Of a stretch of DNA of 64,000 bases, positions 23,430-35,070 are shown one piece after another. The translations under genes and the position numbers were made by a program. Position 1 is the first letter of the stretch, and every line of letters starts with the position of its first letter. Below the pieces are notes generated by a model, which saw only the letters and a program-made list of their open reading frames with translations, was not told the origin of the DNA and ran no database searches. Source of the DNA: Lytechinus pictus (Eukaryota); contig NC_087245.1 of the NCBI RefSeq assembly GCF_037042905.1, positions 2,296,001 to 2,360,000 of the forward strand, read 5' to 3'.

Positions 23430-26400
23430 TCAAGGAGCATTTTGGGGTAAAAGTTGGGAACCGGTCTATTTCACCTAATTTGAATGTGCTGAATCTGATA
23501 AGACCGGTTCCCAAGCCAATTTTTCATGTTTTGACCACCTAATTTGCATAAACAAAATGGCTGCCAAATTGACAATTTATAATCTTATTTCTACAATATT
23601 CTTTTATAATATTCGCTTTCACCGATATGGATACTGCAAAATCCTGCATACTTAACATGTACCATTTGGGAAAATTTGTTATTTCTGTTTGCGGCTAATT
23701 AATTATGCAAATTTATGCATATTTTGCAATATTATGCTATAATTTGAAAATCACACCTAAAATGTTTATTATTCTGAGTACAAATAGCATTTGTATCATC
23801 ATAATAATTGTTTAGCCCTTAAATATAATATTCAAGTCAATTTTTATATGTATTTTATTGTTCTTTGATATTTCTTTTGTGTTCTTGTATTTTCTGCCAT
23901 TTGCTTTGTATATATGTTTGAGATGAGATCTTTAAAAATGATATCAATGGCAGACAAATATCAAGTATCAATGATTGAATCATTAGATAAACTTCTTTTG
24001 CCACAACTGTTAATTGTACTCAGGAACAAAAACACACACATGCTCCCACACCCAGACCTGTATATAGAAAGTAATATACTTGCAAGGTATAGTAGACATG
24101 CCCAATATAAAAACATTGATGCTGATCATATAATCATGACACTTACCAAATTCAATGAACCCGTAAGAAAAGAAGAGTTTAGAAGTTGAAAAACCTGTAA
24201 TCATGCTGAACTTAAATTTCTTGAAATAGATATATTAAAATGTTTCATAACAGATCAAATAATCAATTAAACATATGATTTACGCAGTGTAGTTTATCAA
24301 TCCGATATAATATCAGTACTTTGTTAAAATCCTTGCAGCAAAATCATATCTTTTATTCAGCTCCATCAGAACTGCAATCATGGCAGTTAACCAAAAAACA
24401 ATTTGTAATAAATACAAAGGGTCTGTATTACTGGATCACTTACTAGTTTTTTGGTCATTACCGATTTATTTATTTATGTGGCAACGATACATTTTCCCCA
24501 AGTCAACCATCAAAGTGAAAACTGAAAACCACAGCTTTTATCCAATCCTTACCTTGAAAGATTCTTTGACGAACGATACTGAATACAGAAGAGGAAATGA
24601 CAAAAACATGGGGCTAAACACAGATTAGCTCCATGGTTAAAACATGGGCAAAACAAGGTTTCCAACCCAGTCACTGCCCAATGCAGAACAAATTTTCACA
24701 TTGTGACCTATGGTTAAAAAGTGCTAGAGATGCCTGTTGAAGGTAAACCAGCATGGAGACAGTTGCAGAAGTCCAGTCTAGAGGTTATCCGGTCATCCCG
24801 GTCATGGATGATATTTTCTGCACCAGCTCATGTAAGACAATGTCTGATCTCAGCAATTCTGTTGAGCTGGTAATATGCAGATTGGCAGACATGTGATGTG
24901 TGCTTCTTCATGCTCATTGTTCTATCAAAGACTACGCCAAGAGATCTAGCCTTGCATACTGCAGATATATAGCTTCCTCACCTATTAAGACTGGAGTTGT
25001 AGTCATAATAATTACGCATATATGGAGATGACAGAACAAGATACCGGTACTTCGCATTTTATTGTTAAGCTCCAGGAAGTTGACCTTCATCCAACATCGA
25101 ATCCTCAATGGCAGCACCAACAACAGCAGCCGCACGAACCTCTGTATATTTACCTTCTGGATCAAAAGTGAGGTATACAGCTGGATGTCACCAGCATAGA
25201 AGTGTATACCAACACCATGTTGCCACATTACAGAGCCAAGAGGAGTGATGTACAGTTTGAAGAACAAGGGACAAGGACAGACTCCCAAGGAACTCCATAT
25301 CAAAGGGTAGTCACAGGAGTCTGCATGCCAGTGATGAATACAGCTTCATACAGCTCTGTTGGCAAGGTAAGAGAAACCTGCCATTGGAGTGCAAAATCAT
25401 CAATTCCAAAACAGACTGTCAGTCTCCCCAGAAGAATGACATGTTGACTGGTATCAAAACCGGTTGACAAGTCAAACATAACTTAGGCAACTGCTTTCCT
25501 CATAGAAAGAGAAATCCTGGCTCTACAATCGAAGACATTCTCGACCTAGACTTTGATGGTGATATCTCAGACTCGCATGGAGGCTATCAGAGCTGGGTAA
25601 GCTATTGGATGCTGTTGGGTTTAATACCGATCAGAATAAGTGGATTAATAATCACCCACAGAAACGCCAAACATTCCAGGAACCCACCATCCTCTGAAAG
25701 ATATCTTGGTTATCAATTTGAAATAGTCTATCTTATGAAGATATGAAGATATGTGAATATTAGAATTTCGATAAATGGCCTAGAAGACATTACACAATTC
25801 AATGCGGTATTGAAAAGGTGCACTCTGAGCATTTTAACACCTGAAACAAGATCTGGTTAGACAGAAGATTCTCTCTCAAGACAAAAGTTTAGGTTTTCTC
25901 TATGGATCTGTGACATGAGAATCGGACATATCTCAAGAACACAAACACGATGACTTCGATACGAACTGCCTCCGCAGAATACTTGTACTAAATTGGTTTG
26001 ATTCCAACAATTAGAGATGACTTTTATAATATGAGGCTGCTCTATCAATAAAGCCATCCAATTGAACACCAAATCATGATAACTGACATTGATCATTCAA
26101 CACCCCGAAGGAAAAGGTGTATATCAAGCTGGGGGAGGCTGGATGGCTCTAGGTTGGATGAAGCGGCAATCCTTGATAGGACAGGTGCAGTACTGCATTG
26201 GAAAAGATATATTATGGAGATGCACATGTAATCCGTTCATGAAGTCCAATGATAAAAAAATGGCTTTTAAAACACGGAAAACGGTCTAATTGATAGGCAA
26301 AATGAGAAATTAGATGGATTATACATGTATGTGGGTTCAGTTCTGATAATTTTTTTCCAATATTGGGACAATTTGACGAGCGTAATGGAGAAAAACACAG

Positions 26401-27402
26401 GACATCTCATTTTCAGCAGACGGTTTTCACTTCATTTTGCTGAAGAAAAACACACTAAATATATATACATGTATGTGTGATCAGATTCTGCTGGTCGGGA
26501 ACATAACTACTCCAAAGGATATTAAATGCAACTGATTGACTATTAAGGAGTTGAGAATTTCAGTACTGTTATGATTCAAATTTAATAATTCATAATCTAA
26601 AATTGTAAATATGAATGAATTGATTGATATCATAATTCAAGATACCATTTTATAATAAAAATATAAGCAATTAATAGTGACATTCGCTTGAATACAGATA
26701 GGTTCATGAAATTCGTTGGATCTCCACCAGTGTGCTTTTAAATGGGAAGGCCCTCCGTGCAGGAGTTTACCTTTGTATGCAGATGTGGGTGTGGGAGTGG
26801 GTGAATCTGTTTATGCCCATGAATATATGCGAATAAAAAAGTGATTACGTAATTAAATAATTGAAGCTTATTATTTTATGCCACTGATAATCAATAATTT
26901 GACAGATCCCATAACAAAACATGTACAAAACAAAAGGTACAAAATACAAAGAAATACATTAGAAATTCAAAAACAATAAAATACATTATTATTCACTGTG
27001 ATATGATATTCTAAGGGCCGTACAATTATTTATAATGATGTAAATGCTATTTGTACCAAAAATATAAACAATTGAGCTGAAATTATCAAATTATAGCATA
27101 ATGATCCAAAATATGCATAAATTTGCATAATTAATTAGCCGCAAACAAAAATAACAAGTTTTCCCGAAAGGTACACGTATGTATGCAGGATTTTGCAGTA
27201 TTCATGTCTGTGAAAGCGAATATAATTAAAGAACATTGTCGAAATAATATTCTGAATTGTCAATTTGGCAGCCATTTTGTTTATGCAAATTAGGTGGTCA
27301 AAACATGAGAAATTAGCTTGGGAACCGGTCTTATCAGATTCAGCATATTTGAATTGAGTGAAACAGTCCGATTTCCAACTTTTACCCAAAAATGCTTCTT
27401 AA
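23430..27402. mobile_element. 4-kb element with ~470-bp TIRs and a T(T/C)AA TSD (Kolobok-like), carrying LINE debris
   Basis: TCAA-GGAGCATTTTGGGGTAAAAGTTGG ... CCAACTTTTACCCAAAAATGCTTC-TTAA. 23434-23900 is the reverse complement of ~26930-27398. Confidence 0.85.
24900..25500 (-). pseudogene. Decayed reverse transcriptase of an L2/CR1-group LINE
   Basis: VMFDLSTGFDTSQHVILLGR (25420-25495) and [32 protein letters not shown]...[10 protein letters not shown] correspond to the DLSAAFD, GPLLF.LY and YADD motifs, with stops and frameshifts. Confidence 0.85.
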
Positions 27403-27443
27403 AGTTTATATAGGCCTGTTTTTCCAGAATGTGTCTAGTCTAT

Positions 27444-27613
27444 CAGGGGACCGCTTTCTGAAAGTTTTCAGCTCTGAAAAAAAATTGACTTTCTCCGACA
27501 GTTACTATAGTAACGGAGGCCAGTGCCTCTCAGCCAATCAAAACCAAGAATTTCACTGAAATTGTCAGCACGGACAGTTTAGCGGTAGTCAGTGCTGACA
27601 ACTTTCACCCCTG
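27444..27613. mobile_element. Small MITE (CAGGGG...CCCCTG)
   Basis: Inverted ends CAGGGG..GAAAGTT.TCAGC.CTGA / TCAGTGCTGACAACTTTC.CCCCTG. Partial copy at 34168-34265. Confidence 0.65.
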
Positions 27614-27992
27614 AATATCTCTATCGCTACAATATGCCAACTCTCGATCTCATAATTCTGACTATACAGATATAAACAATAACCCCCCCCCTCTCAGGCA
27701 AGCTTAAAACACTAACAAATTATCAGGAATTTCTTGCTTTCATCTCCCATCTCCTGTCAGCTTTCATCTGCTTCATGATACACCTTTCACAAATAAAGAC
27801 GCAAGACATAGTTTATAAGGGGCATAATAATAATGATATATTAACAATCAAATATAGCCCCTATAGATATAAGAAATGCAATAATTGCAATATAATATAA
27901 TAAATAGTGAAATAATATGCAATACAATAGGGCAAAATAATATAAATAACATAATATATTGTAAGAACAAGATAAAGATGGCTCTTCGTTAC

Positions 27993-28250
27993 ATTGTTAC
28001 CACTCCTGTCTGATTGCTGGTGTATAGACAAGTCATAGAGTGATTATATCTCCAAGCAAAAGATGACGCAGGAACGCCCGGTCTGAGTCGCAATCAGCCC
28101 CTATCACTTGCCAGTAAACTGACAAATGACAGGGGCTGAAAAGTTTCTCAAACCAGGCGCCTCCCATGTTCCCTGCGTCATCGATTGCTTAGGGATAAAT
28201 CACACCATGACTGCTCTACACACAGGCAATCAGACAGGAGTGGCAACAAT
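27993..28250 (-). other. 258-nt rod-like imperfect hairpin, copy 1 (candidate structured RNA)
   Basis: Arms pair over the whole length (ACCACTCCTGTCTGATTGC/GCAATCAGACAGGAGTGG, GATGACGCAGG/CCTGCGTCATC, TCAGCCCCT/AGGGGCTGA) around a tiny loop. The strand is inferred from G.U bias. Confidence 0.8.
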
Positions 28251-28384
28251 ATCACAAAATCCTCCTTTTGCCCCCTGAAAAAAGATTATAAACTGCAATA
28301 ACAATGCAAAAAAAATATATATATGAAGATAACGGTAATGAAGACAATATATCTCAATCACAATGCCAAACATAACAATACATC

Positions 28385-28830
28385 ATGATATAAATGGCAT
28401 TATAACAACATACATGTAGCAATACAACAAATGGCAATATAACATAGCCATGTAACAAATGGCATTATAACAACATAGCAATACAACAAATGGCAATATA
28501 ACATAGCCATATAACAAATGGCATTATAACAACATAGCAATACAACAAATGGCAATATAACATAGCCATATAACAAATGGCATTATAACAACATAGCAAT
28601 ACAACAAATGGCAATATAACATAGCCATATAACAAATGGCATTATAACATAGCCATATAACAAATGGCAATATAACATAGCAATATAACAAATGGCAATA
28701 TAACATAGCCATATAACAAATGGCAATATAACATAGCAATATGACAAATGGCAATATAACATAGCAATATGACAAATGGCAATATAACAACATAGCCATA
28801 TAACAAATGGCAATATAACAATATAACAAA
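28385..28830. repeat. Minisatellite of 28/31-bp units (AACAAATGGCAATATAACATAGCCATAT)
   Basis: About 15 direct tandem units. It explains the three repetitive Cys/Tyr-rich ORFs. Confidence 0.95.
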
Positions 28831-29090
28831 ATTAAAGCAATATACTACCCATGTGAGCAACTGTTTCTGGAGTGAGCAACCGTTTCTGGAGTAAGAACAC
28901 ACTGCTATAGCGGTAAAAATGTCACAAAATTATCCTTTACTCATCAGAAAAAAGTAATAATAAATACACACAATAATATGTGGATTTACATTGGAATATA
29001 ATTTACTGCTTTTAAGATCAATCAATCTGATAAGCCAGAAAAAATCTAGGACCCAGCAGGAATTGAACCTCTCATCTACTGATTGCCGGA

Positions 29091-29275
29091 TTTATACAGC
29101 GCTTTCAGCAGCACTGCAGTGTTGGAATGAAAAAATCCTGCAATGCAGATACTCATTTACCTAACCTGGGTGGAGTGCAGCACAGTGTGTTTGCTAAAAG
29201 AAAGCATACCATGGCTAGGATTCTAACCCTGGACCCTCTGAAAGACGAGAGTCAGAACCACTAGACCACGATGAT
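29091..29275 (-). mobile_element. Degenerate tRNA-derived SINE
   Basis: Shares GAGTGCAGCACA..CCATGGCT.GGATTC.AACCC..GACCCTCTG with the SINE at 51091-51375. Confidence 0.6.
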
Positions 29276-29758
29276 CCCTTCATGGGAAAATAAATTGATA
29301 ACAATAACAGGATGATCCACTATTCCTGTGTCTATAAATTGCTTGGAGTTGGAGATATATCACACCATGACTGGTCAGCACTTTATAGGCAATAAGATAA
29401 GAGTGGTAGACTGTAGACAATACCACAAAATCATCTACTTATTGCAAAAATAATGCAAATAATATCTGTAAAATAATGCCACATATACAATGCAAAAATG
29501 ACAATGCCACTATATGCCACTATTAACAATCTTTAATGACAATGGGTAATAAACCCGACGCATCAAATATTCCTGAGAATTGCTTGGAGAGATAAATTAC
29601 ATGTACCACCATGACTGGTCTACAGACAGGAGTGGTAACAATGTCACAAAAAATGAAAAAATAATGCCAAACAAAATAATATATCATGATAATGGCCAAT
29701 GACCAAAATCTATGCCAATACAAACAACAATAGACATGGCACTTAAATAATTTGTTTG

Positions 29759-30352
29759 CTGATTATTTCAGTGTTTATTATGATACTGACTTCAATATTG
29801 TTGAACATTGTAATTGATATTGTCATCGTTGATAATTTTGTTAATACTATTGTTATCATTATTACAATATTTTATATTTATGGTGACTGTTTTTATTGTT
29901 ATTATTGTTCTGATTAGAGGATTGAATTGTTACCACTTCTGTCTGATTGCTTGTGCACAGACAAGTCATGGAGTGATTATATCTCCAAGCAAACGATGAA
30001 GCAGGAACGCCCGGTCTGAGTCGCAATCAGCCCCAGTCACTTGCCAGTGAACTGACAAATGACAGGGGCTGAAAAGTTTCCCAAACCGGGCGCCTCCCAC
30101 GTTCCCCGCGTCATCGATTGCTTAGGGATAAATCACACCATGACTGCTCTACACACAGGCAATCAGATAGGAGTGGTAACAATGTCACAAATAATCCTCT
30201 ACTCAAAACAATAACAATAGAAACAATCACCATAAATACAACAAAAATTGTTAATAATGATAAAAATAGTAAATAACAAAAATAATCAAAGATGAGAATA
30301 TCAATAACAATGTTCAAATTTGAAGTCAGTATGATAATAAACATATAATCAG
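29759..30352. other. ~600-bp palindrome whose core (29926-30183) is copy 2 of the rod-like hairpin
   Basis: The core is a near-identical same-orientation copy of 27993-28250. The AT-rich outer arms 29759-29925 and 30185-30352 are also reverse complements. Confidence 0.85.
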
Positions 30353-31752
30353 ATAAAAAAAAATAATAAACCTTTGACAGACAATAGACTACATTTTGGG
30401 AAATGTGACTGAGGTATAAGTGATAAAAGTTTCATCCTACAAGGTTAAAGGTTAAAGGTAATGCACAGTGTCTATCGCCACCAATTTGGTGGCAAATAGA
30501 AGAGGAAATTTACAATATTGTATGTATCTCTCGATAGGTAATAGCATGGCTATACCAATAAATCTGGCAGTGACATGATTACCAGTTACTAAAATAATCA
30601 AGTGCTAAATACCCTCAAACTCTGTGTAATGGGAACATATTTTTCCTCAATAATTGGTCAAGCAAGAGGAGTATATATAATATGATTTGCTATACCAATA
30701 AATCTGATACAGGCAGTATACGATTCTTTACAAGTGTACTGATATCATGTCTTAATCAAGATGAATAAGTATTATATGATTTGGCATAACAAGCCTAAAT
30801 ATACATCTCGATTATGTGAGAGATAAAAGCATACAATATATCCATCATATATAAGGTTTTACTATAGAAACCATAAATAGATTCAAGAATTTCTCTCTTT
30901 ACAAAAAAAAGTTATGCATTATTGCAAGTTTTTGATTGCAGGCTAGCATAATAACCAATAAGCCTGCAAATAGAGTATTCATATCTCCATTGCGTGAGAG
31001 GTGGTTCCCCTACCTATATCAAAATTGTTTGAAAAGCAGTGTATAACCCTGTAGGGTTGAGCCTCAAAGATGTCAAATTTCTCTCTGATCATGGACAAAT
31101 ATGTCCATACTTGATCATCATATGATTACAGTGACACTGTGCATTACCTTATCTCTTCTAAGGTTGGTGAGACAGAAAAATTTTCTCATGGACCCTGCCA
31201 TGGTTCTCGTAGGATCCATCCATGATCTACTAGAGGGTTGCATCTGTTATTTCACTATTAACCTACATTCATATCATTGTGTCTGCACATTGTGGGTAGG
31301 AAATATTTATGGGGAGGGGGTACTCAACTCGTTAGGCGCCTTGTCAAAAATCAAAGCTGCTTCTTTCCCACAGGAAACCAACTCATCACAGACAATTATG
31401 CTGTGAAAGACACCACCACGTTCATAGGAGGAATCCTGCTAAAGACACAGAGCAGACTTTTGAAAACTTGCCTTTTTAAGTGTGCCACTTGAGAAAAAAT
31501 ATTTGTAAATGGGTAAAAATACCCTAATAGCAATTCCTTGAATAACTGACCTTCATGAACTTCAATGGCACAATCTTTTCAGAATAAAATGTGAGTACCC
31601 CCTCCCCCACTACACCATTTGGAAAGTGTTGAATTTGGTGATTAGAGAAATTAATAATATGTGCTATGATTTATAATTTGGGTTTAACCTTCTTCTTTGT
31701 GGGCTCTTTCTGACCTTGGAGATAAATGATCAAGGCCCCTCCCACCCCACTG

Positions 31753-32219
31753 CAGTTAGGAACTTCAATTGTGACCAACCACCCCAAAACCACCAATAAG
31801 TTGCCAGGGAACGTTCTGTTAATAGCCCAAATAGACAATTGATCTTCAAAAAAATTTTAAAAATCAGCTGGTCTAACAGAGCATTTCTGCATCTTTATAC
31901 TGTCAAAATTATATTGTATAGAAAACAAAATACAAGTGTTTCTTTGATGTAAGTTTTAGTGGACTGCTTTCATTAAAATGGGAGTGCACATCTCATGCTT
32001 GAGAGAACACAAACTTCAAGCGTTGTTTTCTACCTATCTCCTGAAGCTCTGGCTTTGTTTTCTCTGCATTCAATCATGTATCTGAGTGAATTATTGTGGA
32101 TTAAGTTTAACAAATCATACATCATTTTAAGCTCAGGATGTGCTTGTTCAAACTCAATAGAAATCTGAAAATTCATTTTGGGCAACTTATTGTGGGGTGG
32201 CTGGTCACAATTGTGACTG
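31753..32219. mobile_element. Tc1/mariner-like MITE
   Basis: CAGT..CAATTGTGACCAACCACCCC..CAATAAGTTGCC / GGCAACTTATTGTGGGGTGGCTGGTCACAATTGTGACTG-TA. Confidence 0.6.
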
Positions 32220-32981
32220 TAAGAAACACCCCCCAGAGGGGGGGAGGGCTAATAAGACCGCCCTTTTTTAGTGTGGGGAGGGGGTCAATTAGAACCCCCC
32301 CTTCAGATCTCGGCTGCCGTTTGCATGATCATCTAAGAAATTTGTATCAATGTAAATAGGTGTAAAATCAATAAATTTAAAAAATTAAAATTAAAAATTA
32401 AAAACTAAAATTAAAAATTAAAATTTGAAATTAAAAAAATATTAAAATAATTTTTGTTTTAATTTTCTTTTGCCTGTTAAACTTTTTTATTACATTGCCT
32501 TTTCAATTAACTTTGAGGAGACTCTTTTACAATCATACACAGCATAATATGAATCCATTTAAACCAATGAAAATATAAATATTTACATATTTTGGGTTTT
32601 CATTTGAAAATCCAATTTGCATTGACAAAATGATGTGTTTTGATCAATTTTGGGGGTTGACATGCATGTCATTGCAATGATGAGGGATGACGCATTAAAA
32701 TAAAGTTTATGTTGCACATCGTTACCTCAAGACCAGTGAGTGCCAAATTTCATGAGCAACGGTCAAAACCTAAGATAAAGGCCAATGTGTGCACCAAATT
32801 TCACAAGCACTCATGAAGTATTTTGGTTGGTTAGATTTTTAACCTATTTTTGCCATATGTGGTTATCATGGACACGTAATGACCAGCATATGTGAAAAAT
32901 GTTGTCTTGCATATCTTTACCTCAAGACCTAATGTATGTGCCAAATTTGCTAAGGACTGACCACCTAACCGCATGCTGATT

Positions 32982-33555
32982 CTGCTGTCTCACACAGGGG
33001 CAGATGCTGTCAGGACTAAGGCTAGAAACATGTCAATCTCAGCATGACCAAGGCTGTAAAGAAAGGGTCTGATAAAAAAGCCAGGATGAGCAAGATAGTG
33101 GGTAATTGTTCATCCATGAGAAAGATAAGAACTCCAGACCACTATCACAAGAGCAGTTGGGTCAGGGGGAGCTTACAGCCAACGGTGGTCGGTAAGAGCA
33201 TGGACCTACTAGTAGGTCCATGGTAAGAGGAAAAAGCGAACAAAAATGTCACTAAAACCATGCTAAAACCAAGATAAGTTTCAGTTATCAGTGTTACTGG
33301 CTCATACTGCTGACAGCATTTAGAGTTAAGGGTTCACCTCAGACATGAGTAAGTAAACCTTCTCTTTCTACTGTGATAACATGAGCTCAAATGACTCAAG
33401 CAGAAATCGAAAGATGGTGGTTAAGTGTATGAGATCCAGTCCTGCTGTCTCACACAGGGACAGATGTTGTCAGGACAATTGCTAGGAAACCAAGGTCATG
33501 AAAAAATCGCTCAGAATAAGCAGGGACAGCAATTCTACTCTCCTAGATCTTGTGC
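32982..33555 (-). mobile_element. Displaced fragment of the decayed Ngaro/DIRS-like RT region
   Basis: Homologous to 38482-38720 and 39438-39962. Confidence 0.6.
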
Positions 33556-33833
33556 AGGGGTATAGCAAGAACTATTGAAAAGAACATGAATTAAAGAGAG
33601 TAAATGGAACCCCAATATGGGTATTGTCCCTCCTGATATTTCTCTTCCCCTCTATCCCACACTGGTTCCTCAGATAACACCTACATGTATTCACACTACA
33701 ACAGCCCACAGTACATGATCTCAAAATGACCTAATTGTAAAGGATACACAAAGTGTTTGAATTAACCCAATTTAAGGACGTTCCAGTTAAAATGAATTTG
33801 GCATTTTTAGACCCCTAAAGATCACTACGTTTA

Positions 33834-34595
33834 CCCGGGGGGGGGGGGGCCAGTCAAATATATTGCTGTACACACGCGTGACCCAAAAACGCGATTAAAG
33901 GGGTGTTTCTTCAGTTCTGGCCGCGGGCCGCGCGTGCACTCGTTAAGGGTATCAAAAACACTGATTTTCAAAAAAAGGGGTATTTTTGAAAGACTGGTAT
34001 TTTTAGGGTATGTTTTTTTCACAGATTGTGATGAGTGGACGTGTTGGCAAAAGACAAATTAGGAATTTACCCAATCATCATCTGGATTGAGATTTAAAGT
34101 TCCATTTCCTCTGTGTATGTACGCTCCTATTGCGTATGAGTGGAACAATGACCTACATAATGAAAATCAGGGGACCGCTTTATGAAAGTGAAAAACTTGA
34201 CTTTCTCTAACAGATACCATAGTAACAGAGGCCAGTGCCTCTCAGCCAATCAAAACCAAGAATTTGGTATAAAAAACGCTGATTTTCAAGAAAAAGGTGG
34301 TTTGAAAGACTGGTCAATGGTCAATCATGGGGTCAAACATATTTAGGGTATTTTTTTCCCAAAAGCTTTTTTTAAGAGTAGTCAAACGTGTTTGGGGTAT
34401 GTTTTTTCCCCAAGCTTTTTCCCCGGGGTCATATTCTGCCGACAACTTGATTAGGGGCCAATATGTGTAAATTAAGCCCACAAAACCTTGTTTAGGGGGT
34501 TATTTTGCATACAAAGAAAAACTTGTTTAGGGGGTGTTTGGAAATAATTTTGCCACGCGTGTGTACAATACATTGACTGCCCCCCCCCCCCCGGG
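33834..34595. mobile_element. CCCGGG-terminus MITE with a 7-bp TSD
   Basis: ACGTTTA-CCCGGGGG..CAGTCAA...GTACACACGCGTG / CACGCGTGTGTAC..TTGACTG.CCCCCGGG-ACGTTTA. Truncated relative at 52568-52650. Confidence 0.88.
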
Positions 34596-34809
34596 ACGTT
34601 TACGATAAATCTGTATTACTAAGTCAATATCCATGTAAACTTTAGTTCCGAATTGTATACTAAAGATGGGAAATTTATTCACAATGCTTACCGTTTGCCC
34701 TTTTACAGCTAACAGCACCTTCATTTCTCTCACTTTGTGTGAAAGATGACAAAAACATAATCTCAAAAAGTTCAAATCTGAGAAATACAATAAATGCTGC
34801 ACTTTAATC

Positions 34810-35070
34810 AAAATCAAAAGACGGACAGTCAACCTGCCCGAAACGTCGAGTCTCTCTACTACTCATCATCTCTACTCGCCGACTCAAGCCAGCATCTCCT
34901 CACTAGCTCTACTACTCAAGCTGTTCTCAACTCATCAATCTTTCCTGGTTTACAGTCCTTTTCAGGACTACTTTCAAGAAAGAATACTCTACTCTCAAAT
35001 CTCCACTTTCTCGCCTATCCATTTCTTCTCTTCTCCTATCCACTGTTTCTACAACACTTCACATGGTGTA
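34810..35070 (+). mobile_element. Penelope-like terminal fragment with a partial hammerhead motif
   Basis: AAGA-CGGACAG-tcaac-CTGCCCG-AAAC-GTCGAG (stem II plus GAAAC) followed by a pyrimidine-rich CTACT tail. The CTGANGA core is absent. Confidence 0.45.

Noticed and set aside
27993..28250. Hammerhead or HDV ribozyme in the hairpin
   Set aside because: I could not find a correctly arranged catalytic core by eye.
28524..28902. Cys/Tyr-rich repetitive ORFs
   Set aside because: They are open in all three minus frames because of a 28/31-bp minisatellite.
29814..30344. Two membrane-protein-like ORFs on opposite strands
   Set aside because: They are mirror translations of the AT-rich palindrome arms.
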